Program-made: the position numbers and the translations under genes
Shown: piece after piece, positions 45,301 through 57,300 of the stretch
How the letters are laid out: every line of letters begins with the position of its first letter
Position numbering within the stretch: the stretch's first letter is position 1
Source: Euglena gracilis
Lineage: Eukaryota
DNA: 64,000 nucleotides
Assembly: GCA_039621445.1 (NCBI GenBank)
Contig: CP154954.1
Location: 20,136,642-20,200,641 of the forward strand
Reading direction: 5' to 3'
Notes under the pieces: generated by a model
The model's database searches: none
Told to the model about the DNA's origin: nothing
What the model saw: the letters and a program-made list of their open reading frames with translations, nothing else

Positions 45301-48300
45301 CAAAAAATCAATTTCTTTAAAACAAATGAACAAAAATATTTTGTCAACAAAAATGAAGGGTGTATTGAATTAATTTTGTTTGTTAAAACGTCCAACCACG
45401 TTGTATTCCGGGAACTTTGGGCCTTTCTCCATTTGCAAAATGTTCAAAAAACCGCAGAATATGACATTTGCATGTTATTGCCCCGAAAAATATATGGTCC
45501 TGTTTTTAAACAAAAGCATTGGTATCTTCGCCCTCAGCCAGCTCCTGAACCCAAAGCTTCTGGTGTTGCATTTTGGGGCGGGTGGAAATCCAGCAGAAAA
45601 GTGTGCACCCCGGAGCTCCAAAAGGAATTTGCATGCAAGTTGCATTTTTTTGCATTTTTTTTTGCACTTTTGTTGCATTTTTCTTTTACTTTTTTTTGCA
45701 TTGCATATTTTGAGGAGCGTTGCATATTCATATTATTGTGATATTTTCCTTTCATTTGAAACTTTTCTTTGGTGGAGAGGGTGTCTTCTGATTCCGATAA
45801 AAAAAAATTTTGGGACCTTCCACAGAATTCATTGAAAACTTTTGAAGGGGGGTAATGCAGATTTTGCAGGTCGGCAGCGACCCTGCAGGGTTGGTCAGCA
45901 GCCCTGGTCAGGCCTGACCACACCATTGCTTAAGGTATGTCCGACCCCCCCCCCCAATGGGACTGACTGATTTTTTTCGGAGTGACTGACTTGCTTTTGG
46001 CTCCAGATTCCGGGGGGGGGGGGGAGGGGCGGCTAGGAATAGGAATTGCCTAAAGTGGCCACCTGGCACCAAAAGCACCGGCAAATTTGTGAAGAAAAAT
46101 GCTTTTCCGGAATTTTTTTTGTTACAGGGGGGTCAAAAATGTCGACTTTCCCTCTCCCGAACCCGCCCTGGAAACTATCCTCTGCCCTCTGTAATAGAAT
46201 GGAACTTTCTGAAAAAAGATGCTCGCCCACTTTAAAACCCGGTCAGCCCGCCAAATGCCTGCCCTGAAATTTGTGGTCATGAACACGGATTTCAGGGCAG
46301 GCATCCGTGGCCAGCCACAGGTCTCAGGGAAGGCAGCTGTTGCCAGGGCAGGCATCCGTGGCCAGCCACAAATTTCAGGGTCCAAAACCGAGTTCAGGGG
46401 GCCCCCTTTGGGGCTGAACCCGGTTTCAGGCTGAAATCCGGGCTCAGCCACAATTTGTGTAGAGAAATTTGGCTTTGTGAATCTTGGAATTGTGTCATTT
46501 GGGATGATCTTCTGTCACGGAATGTATGGTCAACATCGTCCAGAGAAGGTTAAATGGTTCTCTGGTGAAGGCTCCGGCCTTGGACAAAGGCAGCCACCCC
46601 GAACCGAAATTTGGGGGGGGGGGAAGCCCTGGGGGTCCTGTTGCCCCCTCCCTTGAAACCAACAACAGCTTAGAACGATTTTTGGTCAGGCTTCTTTTTA
46701 CGCATTCCCCCAGCTTAGGCGGTGCAAATTGCCCAATTTTTTTCCAATTTCTGTGCGATTGAGGTGCGCGGGTTTCCGCTAAGCTGACCCCACCTGTTTG
46801 AGGTTGACAATTTTAGGAGGTGGCGTGAACTGAAAGTTTTGGGTAGTTTTGGGTCCATTTTGGGCACTTTGGCAAAATGCCGATTTTGAAAATGCATGAG
46901 TGTTTTAGAGCGGGGGTTGGGAACACCCCCCTGGAACACCTTGAAAATTTGAAAAAACAGAAAACAGTGGGGTACTAATCTAACCGAACCAAACTGGTGC
47001 CCAACTGGGGTTATTACATATGGTGGCCGACCCGCAATTATAACACCCGCAGTTTTTTGCACCCAGCCGACGCCCAAGGGCAAACCTTCCAAATGGGGAT
47101 TGTGCATCCTCCAGACATCAAGGACCATTTTTGCATAGTACAAAGACTCTTCTCGCTCATTTCCATCCACATCCCGCATCACCTCAGCGACCTGTTCAGC
47201 AGTTAGTCGCAAATGACCACTGTCAGGGCTGGTTAAAGCAGTAGATGAAAAAGAGCAGGAAAGTGCTTCATCCTGCCCTGGATGTTGCCCAAAACAAAGT
47301 CCTGGATAATGCGGATCGCATCCTCTGTCAAACCCACATCATCACATTCAGGGTACTCCTCGCCACCAGGAATGTTGACACTCACCTCCTCTCCTGAGAG
47401 CAGGACAACATCATTTCAACAACAATTACAACAACGCATGGTATATCTGCAAAACATGGTGGAACCCAAGAAGGTGGCAAAGACAATTTCTGCACTTTCA
47501 CCGCTGACCTGGGACCAGACATTTTTTTTTGCTGTCCCTGGGGGCAACAAAAAAAAGGCTGCATGGAGGCGACCAGCCCATAAATGACACCCCCAACACC
47601 CTGAAAACCCCCCAGGGAGTGTCATTTATGGGGTGTCATTCATGGGGGGGTCCAATTTTCAAAAGGAAAATTTCTTGGGCGCCATCGGCGGCCGAAAAAA
47701 AAATCCGATCCCGGAAGGGGAAATGTCACTTACGGGGGGGGGGGATTTATGGGGGGGTCACTGAGCTCTGAGCTTACCACTTACTTAGAAAAGGGGAGAA
47801 CCCCCACACTCGTTTTTTTTTCTCTTGAGAAAACATTGTTTCCGGAAACGTCCATAAGACGAAATGTACCCCTGGAGGCCCTCTATCGCCCCCCGTTCGC
47901 CGTTTTGGCCGCCGACACGCCTGGCCCGTGTTCAGGCGCGATTTTGCGGCCCAAAACGGCCATTTTGGTGTTTTTTGGAGGGGGGACATTTTTGATCAAA
48001 AATCGGTTTTCCAAAATATCTCGACAATGAAGCAAAATCAAAGAAAATTCCCGGAGAGCAAAAAATGAAGCCCTTGGAATGCCCTATCCAACCATGCTTT
48101 ACTTTCCCCCCAACTCTGCGTGTAGCCCAAGTTACGGACATTTTTCGGCCATTTTGGGCTTTTTTCAGAGTCAAAAAATCGATGTTTTCAAAATATCTCA
48201 AACGCAAAGCATTTTGGGGCAATCTCCAAATTGGTGGGGAATCAAAAGAAAGGGGGACCTAAATAAAGCCCCTGGGACTGCTGCCAGGGCCAGTTGCGCA

Positions 48301-51300
48301 CCGGGCCAGGCCAGGAAGTACTGCTGCCAGGGCCAGTTGCGCACCGGGCCAGGCCAGGAAGTATGCCTGGCAGCCGGCCGGGCCGGGCTGCGCGGCTTCC
48401 TCCAGTTTGCGAAATTGGGTTGGGTTGGGCCGGGCCGGGCCACCAGGTTGGGCCGAATGTTCGACCTGGGGCACATACCTCAAACACTTGCTGCGGCATG
48501 GCACCATCAGGCATGTAAAGAGCTCAGCACTACACAAAACCTGGTACAGTCCCTGGGCGTAAATCCCCCCCCGAAAATTCCCCCCTCCTGAAGTTTCGGT
48601 AGGGCTGTTTCGATTAATCGATTAATCGATTAATCGTTCGTCATCGCCGATCGATTCGTTCGGCCCATGGCGATTAATCGTTCATTGTGGATGTAAACGA
48701 CAATAGGCACAATATTTGTTGAAATCAACAAAAATTTGTGGAGTAGTCAGTCAGATAGCACATTACTTGCTGGTACACCATGAAAACGGTTGTTAAAAGT
48801 GGCCAACAAGTCAGCGAACGTGCCAGTGAAACATCGCGCGATTCTGATCAAAATACAGCAGTTCCTAATAAGCTTCGTTCTGCCATGTCGACAGAGAATG
48901 AAACAAAAATTCGTCAGCAAAAGAAATGGTCTAGGTTCCATATTAGAATTTCTCAGGCAGATTTCATCATCAAAAATCGGAAGGGACCAATTAATCGTTA
49001 ATCGTCCGAGACACCCCGATTAATCGCGATTAATCGTTCGCCAGCCCAAAACGATTAATTGGCACAACCCTAGTTTAGGAATTTACCTGGATTTGCAAAA
49101 GGCTCTAAAAACGTGTTCACCCCGCCAAATGCCTGCCCTGAAATTCGTGGTCATGAACACGTTTTCAATGAGGGCATCTGTGGCAATGACACGTTTTCGA
49201 TTAAGGCATCTGTGTTCAGGCACGTTTTCCATTAGGGCATTTGTGGCAACCCTGAGTAAAAAGCAAAAAGTGCTGTCGCGAAAAATCAGCGGGCGGTTGC
49301 GAGGCCGGGTGGTCCTCAACGAGTGAGGCGGGTCGGGGGCACTCTACAACACAACAGAAGGCTAGGTTGCCTTGGAGCACAACGACACGGAGTGGCGGAC
49401 ATCACGGAACACGACACACTTTACACAAAAAAGAGCCATACTTTGGTTGCCGCCGCAAATCTTGGCAATGAAAATGATATGCCAAACCGCAGGCGTCACA
49501 CACAACTTTGTTCAGCTCCACACAATTTGGATTTTTGGGAATGGCAAAGAAGAAAAGAGGTTGCCGAACGATTCCCTGAAACGAACAAGTTCCCGATTGC
49601 TGCTCACGTTGAGCCACACATTGTTCAATGACGCTCGCCTCATCGAACAACAGGCTGGGTTCCAGCTCCCATCCCGTCCAGGCAAAGAAAGGCAAAGAAA
49701 GCATCCAGCTCAGGATAAGAGGCTTGCCGATGTTGACACAGTTTGGCGAACTCCAAACAGTTGGCAACAGCAGCAAGCTCTGCACCTACGGAGCCGGACT
49801 TTTTCTTTGTGTTGCCCTGTGCCAGCAAGGTGCCATGAAGGGGGTCAACCTTCGGCTTCTTGGCATCTTGCTGGTATACCGCGAGAGCAGCCAGGAACAG
49901 TTCCGTCCTAGGGGGTGGTGGCAAAAGACCATTCACAAAAGTTAGCCGTGCGTTTAGCCATGGGGGTGACACGTTTTCAATGAGGGCATCTGTGGCAATG
50001 ACACGTTTTCAATTAAGGCATCTGTGGTTAGGCACGTTTTCAAACAAATTGTGGCTGAGCCCAGATTTCAGCCTGAAAACGTGTTCAGGGGGCCCCCGAA
50101 GGGCCCCCTTGCTGGTGTTCAGGGGGGCCCCCTGGCTGAACACGTTTTCAGGCTGAAATCTGGGCTCAGCCACAATTTGTGTGTAGAAACGGTTGAAAAT
50201 TCCCCCCTTCAGTCCCAGAGGAACGGCAAAGGCAGGTGGGTTGGGACTTTCTTTTTATACATGAAGCAGCACAGCTTCACCACTTGCATGACCTCGTGAC
50301 CTCATGACCAAGTCCTCGACCCCCGGGTCGAGGACTTGGCATCTTTTGGTCTTTTTGTACATTGAACCACCCCTCGGCCTGTATCTTTATGTGTGCCCTG
50401 CCTCCGGTTCAGGATCTTTTGCCGGTTGCCCACCGCCCTGAACAGAGGTGTTCGGGAATATGCCATAACAACCCCACAACATACAGCCAATGAATTCCGA
50501 ATGCCGGCAGGCTTCATGGCTTCAAAGAATAGAAGAGACTGTGGAGGAACGGGGTCCGAAACGGCCGAAATCCCCCCCCCCAGTCAAGAGCCCAAAAAAC
50601 CTTCCCTGGGGGGAAATTTACGCCCAGGGACTGTACTAACCCCCCCCCCCAATAGAAGCACGGGTGCGCTTATAGGGGACCGCCGCCTCCGGCGGCAGGG
50701 GGTGCGCTTCTATTTGGACCCTACCTGCGCAATTTTTGTTGATTTGCTTTGGAAATCCCATCAAAATGGGGGGTGGCTTGTAGCGGGGGGTGCGCTATTT
50801 TTTGGGCCCTGCGCTTGTAGCGGCCCCGTGCTTCTATTGGGGGTTAACCCCGATTGAACACCCCCACTGAGGTCCAGACAAGGGCCAGCCCGCGAACCAA
50901 GCAAAGATCCAAAATAATTAAAATTCTGCTTATTGAATAATATCAATGAGCAGATTTGGCAAAAGTGGCCACAATGCGAACAACTCAAGTGGCTTTTGCA
51001 TCCATTTTTTGCAGCCATTTTTGACCAATCTTGACGCCCCTTTCTTCGGTTCTACGGGGTTCAGGGAGCACTTTGGGCTCCGTGCGGAAAATCGCGGGTG
51101 ACCAAATTGCGGGTCGGGCCGACCTGGTCGGCCCGACCTGTGTGGGTGGCTTATCGACCTGTGTGGGTCGGACCGACCAGGTCGAGCCGACCCACAATAT
51201 TCCGCACCCCCCCCCCTGCGGATTTCCGGTGGTCGCCATCGTGGAGGTCGGGCCGACCACCATTTTTTTGCACTACCCCCCCCCCCCCGGCTCCGTGCGG

Positions 51301-54300
51301 ATTTCCGGTGGTCGCCATCGTGGAGGTCGGGCCGACCATGGCCTAACCCTACCTCCTCCTACTCCTTCATTGACCGGCTTAAAAACGTGTTCAGCCCGCC
51401 AAATGCCTGCCCTGAAATTCGTGGTCATGAACACGTTTTCAATGAGGGCATTTGTGTCAATGACACGTTTTCAGTGAAGGCATCCGGGTTCAGGCACGTT
51501 TTCAGTGAGGGCATTCGGGTCAATGACACGTTTTCAGTGAAGGCATCCGGGTTCAGGCACGTTTTCAGTGAGGGCATCTGTGGCAACCCTGAGTAAAAAG
51601 CAAAAAACACTATCATGAAAAATCGGCGTGTGGTTGCGAGGCCGGGTGGTCCTCAACGAGTGAGGCGGGTCGGGGGCACTCTACAACACAACAGAAGGCT
51701 AGGTTGCCTTGGAGCACAACGAAACAGAGTGGCGGACATCACGGCACACGACACGCTTTACACAAAGAAACCGTGTTTGGGCCGATTTCGAGACTTTAAA
51801 AGTCTTAAATCTTCGCCCAAAACACGGTTTCAAACAAGAACAGTGTTTTGGGCCAAGGTTTTAGGGGGGCCCAGGGGCGACCGCGCCTTCGGCGTCGCGG
51901 TCCCCGCCCCTGGGCTCCCCCTAAGTCTTGGCCCGAACACAGTTTCTTGACACAAAAGAGCCATACTTTGGCTCTTTTGCCAAATCTTGGCAATGAAAAT
52001 GATATGCCAATCACAGACAACTTTGTTCACAGACAACTTTGTTTGTTTGGCGTCACAGACAACTTTGTTCAGCTCCACACAATTTGGATTTTTGGGAATG
52101 GCAACACCACAAAAACCACATTTCTCGTGTTTTATTGGCAGTCGGGACACAGCACGAGGCACAGGGGGTTGGTCAGGGGACCACACACTGTTCGATGACG
52201 CTCGCCTCATCGAACAACAGGCTGGGTTCCAGCTCCCATCCCGTCCAGGCAACAAAGAAAGCATCCAGCTCAGGATAAGAGGCTTGCCGATGTTGACACA
52301 GTTTGGCGAACTCCAAACAGTTGGCAACAGCAGCAAGCTCTGCACCTACGGAGCCGGACTTTTTCTTTGTGTTGCCCTGTGCCAGCAAGGTGCCATGAAG
52401 GGGGTCCGGCCTAGGGGGAGGTGGCAAAAGACCATTCACAAAGTTTGCCGTGCGTTTGGCCATATTGGCAGGGCTGCAGGAAAAAAGAAAAAAAGAAAAA
52501 AAAGGGGGGGGGTGACACGTTTTCAGTGAGGGCATTTGTGGCAATGACACGTTTTCAGTGAAGGCATCCGGGTTCAGGCACGTTTTCAGTGAGGGCATTT
52601 GTGTCAATGACACGTTTTCAGTGAAGGCATCCGGGTTCAGGCACGTTTTCAGTGAGGCCGCCGTTTTTTGGGTCCGAATTTCACAAATTGGCGTTTTTGA
52701 CCCCTTGCGTGAATCATGACCACGAATTTCAGGGCAGGCATTTGGCGGGCTCTGAAAACGTTTTTAAACAAATTGTGGCTGAGCCCAGATTTCAGCCTGA
52801 AAACGTGTTCAGGGGCCCCCTTCGGGGGCCCCTGGCTGAACACGTTTTCAGGCTGAAATCTGGGCTCAGCCACGATTTGTGTATAGAAAAATTTCAAGTT
52901 TGAGGACAACAGCCGGCTGTTCAGAAACGTGATAAATTGGGCCCTACAAGGTACCAGCTACCCCAAAGAGCCGCCCAACTAGGGTTAAAAACATGGGGGG
53001 ACCCGAGCGAGGCGCCGAAGGCGCCGAGCGAGGGTCCCCCCATGTGTATTAACCCTAGTTGGGCGGCTCTTTGGGTTCGCTGGGTACCTTGTAGAGACCA
53101 ATCTAACAACGTTGAGCGGGAAATGTTCTGCTGTTTGGATAAGAATCGTAACCCTAACCCTACTCCTTCAAATAACCTCATAAATTATTTTTGGACACAG
53201 GAAAACGCCATCAGCATACTTGAGTGCTAAGTCCTTTTTGTGCAAAATTTTGCCATTATATTGAAAATCCGATGGGGAGAGGTGTTCTTTTGCCAAAAGT
53301 GGCCCAAAATTGGCATCCCCAAGTTTTTGCATATTCACCCCCGATTGGGGGGTTCTGGAGCCATTTGGGTGGGTTTTGACTGGTGTTGGGGTGATTTGGA
53401 CAAAAGTTTTTTTTCGGGGGGGGGTGCTTAAATCTCCAGAAAGGGGGGGGGGTAGTGCAAAAAAATGGTGGTCGGGCCGACCTCCACAGGGGGTCATGGT
53501 CGGGCCGACCATGGTCGGCCCGACCTCCACGGCGACCACCACCGGAAATCCGCTCGGGGCCAAACAGGTCGATCCACACCTATTTTTGGCCTACTTTGGG
53601 TCACTGATGGACAGGGAAAGCACAACATGCCCCCCCCCCCCGAGCTGTCCCCCCCGAGAAATTTCCCATTGGGGGGACGGGAATAGCTCACTGTCATAGC
53701 ACTTTTTACAAAGAACTTCCCAAAAAAGTGCTCAAAAATCGATGTTTTTGGGACGTTTTCAAATTTTGATTTTGACAAATGTGCTTAAAATTGACCATTT
53801 TTTGCGAACATGCAAAAAAAAATGCCAAAAATGACCCCTTTTGGACTGCCCGAGGGTCGGGTATGGGAATAGCTCGGGGGGGGGACCTAGGCCGTAAAGG
53901 GTCCCGGGAACGGGCTCATTGCGGATTATTGGCCATGGAACTTTTGGTCGTCGCTAGCGACCGGTCGCTAGCGACCGGTCGCTAGCGACCGTTGGTCATG
54001 GCCTAGCGACCATTGGTGGTCGGAGCGACCGGTCGCTAGCGACCACCAATAATTCGACCAACCCCTTCGGAAAATTTTTCAGCCCCCCCCCCCCAATAGG
54101 ATTTTCTTGCAAAATCCCCAAGTTGTACTGCAAAACGATGCTACCAGGGCCAGGCGCGGATGTAATGCCACGCGCAGTCCTAAGGCACCTTTGGTCGTCT
54201 AGCGGGGGGGGGGGGGTGCGGGGGGGTCGCGGGGGGGGGGCTGGTTGCCCCCCCCCCCAGCACCCCCCCCCAACAAAATCCCTTCCGGGGGTAACCGACC

Positions 54301-57300
54301 CCCAGGGCCATTGAGATGCGCGCATGTTATATGCTAACAAAACCGCGTACAAACAAAAAGTCCTGAACATGTTATGCCACAACCGTAATGTAATGCCACG
54401 CGCACCGTAAACAAAACAGTCCTAAGGCGCCTTCGGCGCCCTTGGTCGTCTAGCAGGGGGGGCTGGCCGCCCCCCCCCCCCCCCCCGCACCCCCCCCCCC
54501 CCCCCGCCCTCCAATAACAAATCCCTTCCGGGGGGTAACCGACCCAGGGCCATGCGCTGCATGTAATGCCCACGCGCACCGTAAACAAAACCGTCCTAAG
54601 GCGCCTTCGGCGCCCTTGGTCGTCTAGCATGGGGGGGCTGCCGCCCCCCCCCGCACCCCCCCCCGCCCCCCAATAACAAAAACCCTTTCGGGGGGGAACC
54701 CACCCAAGGCCATTCGCGCATGTTATGGCACGCGCACCGTAAACAAAACCGTCCTAAGGCGCCTTCGGCGCCCTTGGTCGTCTAGCAGGGGGGGCTGCCG
54801 CCCCCCCCCGCACCCCCCTCCCCCCTCCCGCCCTCCAATAACAAAATCCCTTCCGGGGGGTAACCGACCCAGGGCCATGCGCGCATGTTATGCCACGCGC
54901 ACCGTAAACAAAACCGTCCTAAGGCGCCTTCGGCGCCCTTGGTCGTCTAGCAGGGGGGGGCTTGCCGCCCCCCCCCCCCCGCACCCCCCCCGCCCTCCAA
55001 TAACAAAATCCCTTCCGGGGGTAACCGACCCAGGGCCATGCGCGCATGTAATGCCACGCGCACCGTAAACAAAAACCGTCCTAAGGCGCCTTCGGCGCCC
55101 TTGGTCGTCTAGCAGGGGGGGCTGCCGCCCCCCCCCCCCGCACCCCCCCCCCCCCGCCTCCAATAACAAAATCCCTTCCGGGGGGTAACCGACCCAGGGC
55201 CATGCGCGCATGTAATGCCACGCGCACCGTAAACAAAACCGTCCTAAGGCGCCTTCGGCGCCCTTGGTCGTCTAGCAGGGGGGGGCTGCCGCCCCCTCCC
55301 CCGCACCCCCCCCCCGCCCTCCAATAACAAAATCCTTCCGGGGGGTAACCGACCCAGGGCCATGCGCGCATGTAATGCCACGCGCACCGTAAACAAAACC
55401 GTCCTAAGGCGCCTTCGGCGCCCTTGGTCGTCTAGCAGGGGGGGGCTGCCGCCCCCCCCCCGCACCCCCCCCCCCCCCCCTCCAATAACAAAATCCCTTC
55501 CGGGGGTAACCGACCCAGGGCCATGCGCGCATGTAATGCCACGCGCACCGTAAACAAAACCGTCCTAAGGCGCCTTCGGCGCCCTTGGTCGTCTAGCAGG
55601 GGGGGGGCTGCCGCCACCCCCGCACCCCCCCCCTCCCTCCACTAACAAAATCCCTTCCGGGGGGTAACCGACCCAGGGCCATGCGCGCATGTAATGCCAC
55701 GCGCACCGTAAACAAAACCGTCCTAAGGCGCCTTCGGCGCCCTTGGTCGTCTAGCAGGGGGGGCTGCCGCCCCCCCCCCCCCCCCCCCCCCCCGCCCTCC
55801 AATAACAAAATCCCTTCCGGGGGGTATAACCGACCCAGGGCCATGCGCGCATGTAATGCCACGCGCACCGTAAACAAAACCGTCCTAAGGCGCCTTCGGC
55901 GCCCTTGGTCGTCTAGCATGGGGGGGGTGCCGCCCCCCCCCCCCCCCCCCACCCCCCCCCGCCCTCCAATAACAAAATCCCTTCCGGGGGTAACCGACCC
56001 AGGGCCATGCGCGCATGTAATGCCACGCGCACCGTAAACAAAACCGTCCTAAGGCGCCTTCGGCGCCCTTGGTCGTCTAGCAGGGGGGGGCTGCCCCCCC
56101 CCCCCCCCGCTGTCAGCCCCACTCCCCGGACAACTCCCCCCCCGGTCAGCCCGCAATAGTACCGCCTCTTGACAAAAATTGTCTGAATTCGTTTGCAAGA
56201 TCCTAAAAGCAGAAAAAGGAATTTTGATATAATTTCAGTTTTTCTCTGAGGGAAAAAAATTTTCTTCGCAGAAAAAGGGGGGGGGGAATTTTTTGATATA
56301 ACATTTCATGTTTTCTTCTGAGAGGGGGGGGGTGGTCAAATTATTTTTGGCGCTATCGCGAGGGTGGGGGGGGGCTTGAAACAAAAACGGTCGCTTAGGC
56401 GAATTATTGGTGGGTCGCTAGCGAATTCGGTCGTGCAAGATCATGTTTTCTCCCTGAGGGGAATTTTTCCTTCGCAGGGGGGGGGGGGGCATTAAAATCT
56501 TCTGAGAGGGGGGGGGTGGTCGAATTAATTGGGTGGTCAGCTGAGCGACCGGATAGAGTGGTCGGCATAAGTACGCGACCACCAACGGTCCGCTAGCTAC
56601 CGGTCTCCAGAAAAATCGTTCTTCCAGGGGGCGGGGTGGGGCTTTAAAAAATCTTCTGAGAGGGGGGGGTGGTCCGAATTATTGGTGGTCCTAGCGACCA
56701 TGGTCGCTAGCGACCGGTCGCTAGCGACCACCAAAAGTTCCATGGCCAATTTTCCGCTCGGAGCCCCGGGAACGGGAAGGGCTCGGGGGGGGGGGCGACA
56801 AGTCGGCCGACTACCCAATTGGTCGGCCAACTAGGCATAGTCGATAGCTAGTCGAGACGGGGGTGGGGGGGGGTAGTCGGCTGACCAGTCGGCCGACTAC
56901 CCACTCCAATGTACTAACGGGTCAAGTTTGCCGACTTTCAAGCCCCCTACTGCAAAAAAGAGGTGGCGGACGCCGGTTCTGTCCAAAGCCCGGCGTCCGG
57001 AACGCCGGGCTTTGGACAGAACCGGCGTCCGCCACCTCTTGTTTAAGCCGGCGTTTTAGAGACGCCAGGTTCAGGACAGCGTCCCCAACCTTCGGCCAAA
57101 GGACACTCCCAGGACCAATCTCCGACCACTGATCTGCAATGTCACACCACTTTGCACTTCACCAAATTCCGGCGATCGCGAGGGTATTTCTGGCTGTGTC
57201 AATCATCCAGGTATAAAATCACCCCTCGATCGAAAGCTCTTTTCATCAGACGACTGGTGATCACCACCAAATTCAGCCACACCGCCTGGAGCTCTTATTT

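Noticed and set aside
48747-48941. ORF segment GTFADLLATFNN as a host exon
   Set aside because: It lies inside the TIR-bounded element 48600-49072 and has no convincing splice sites.
54160-56110. CRISPR-like array
   Set aside because: The intervening sequences are repeated, not unique spacers; there are no cas genes and the context is eukaryotic.
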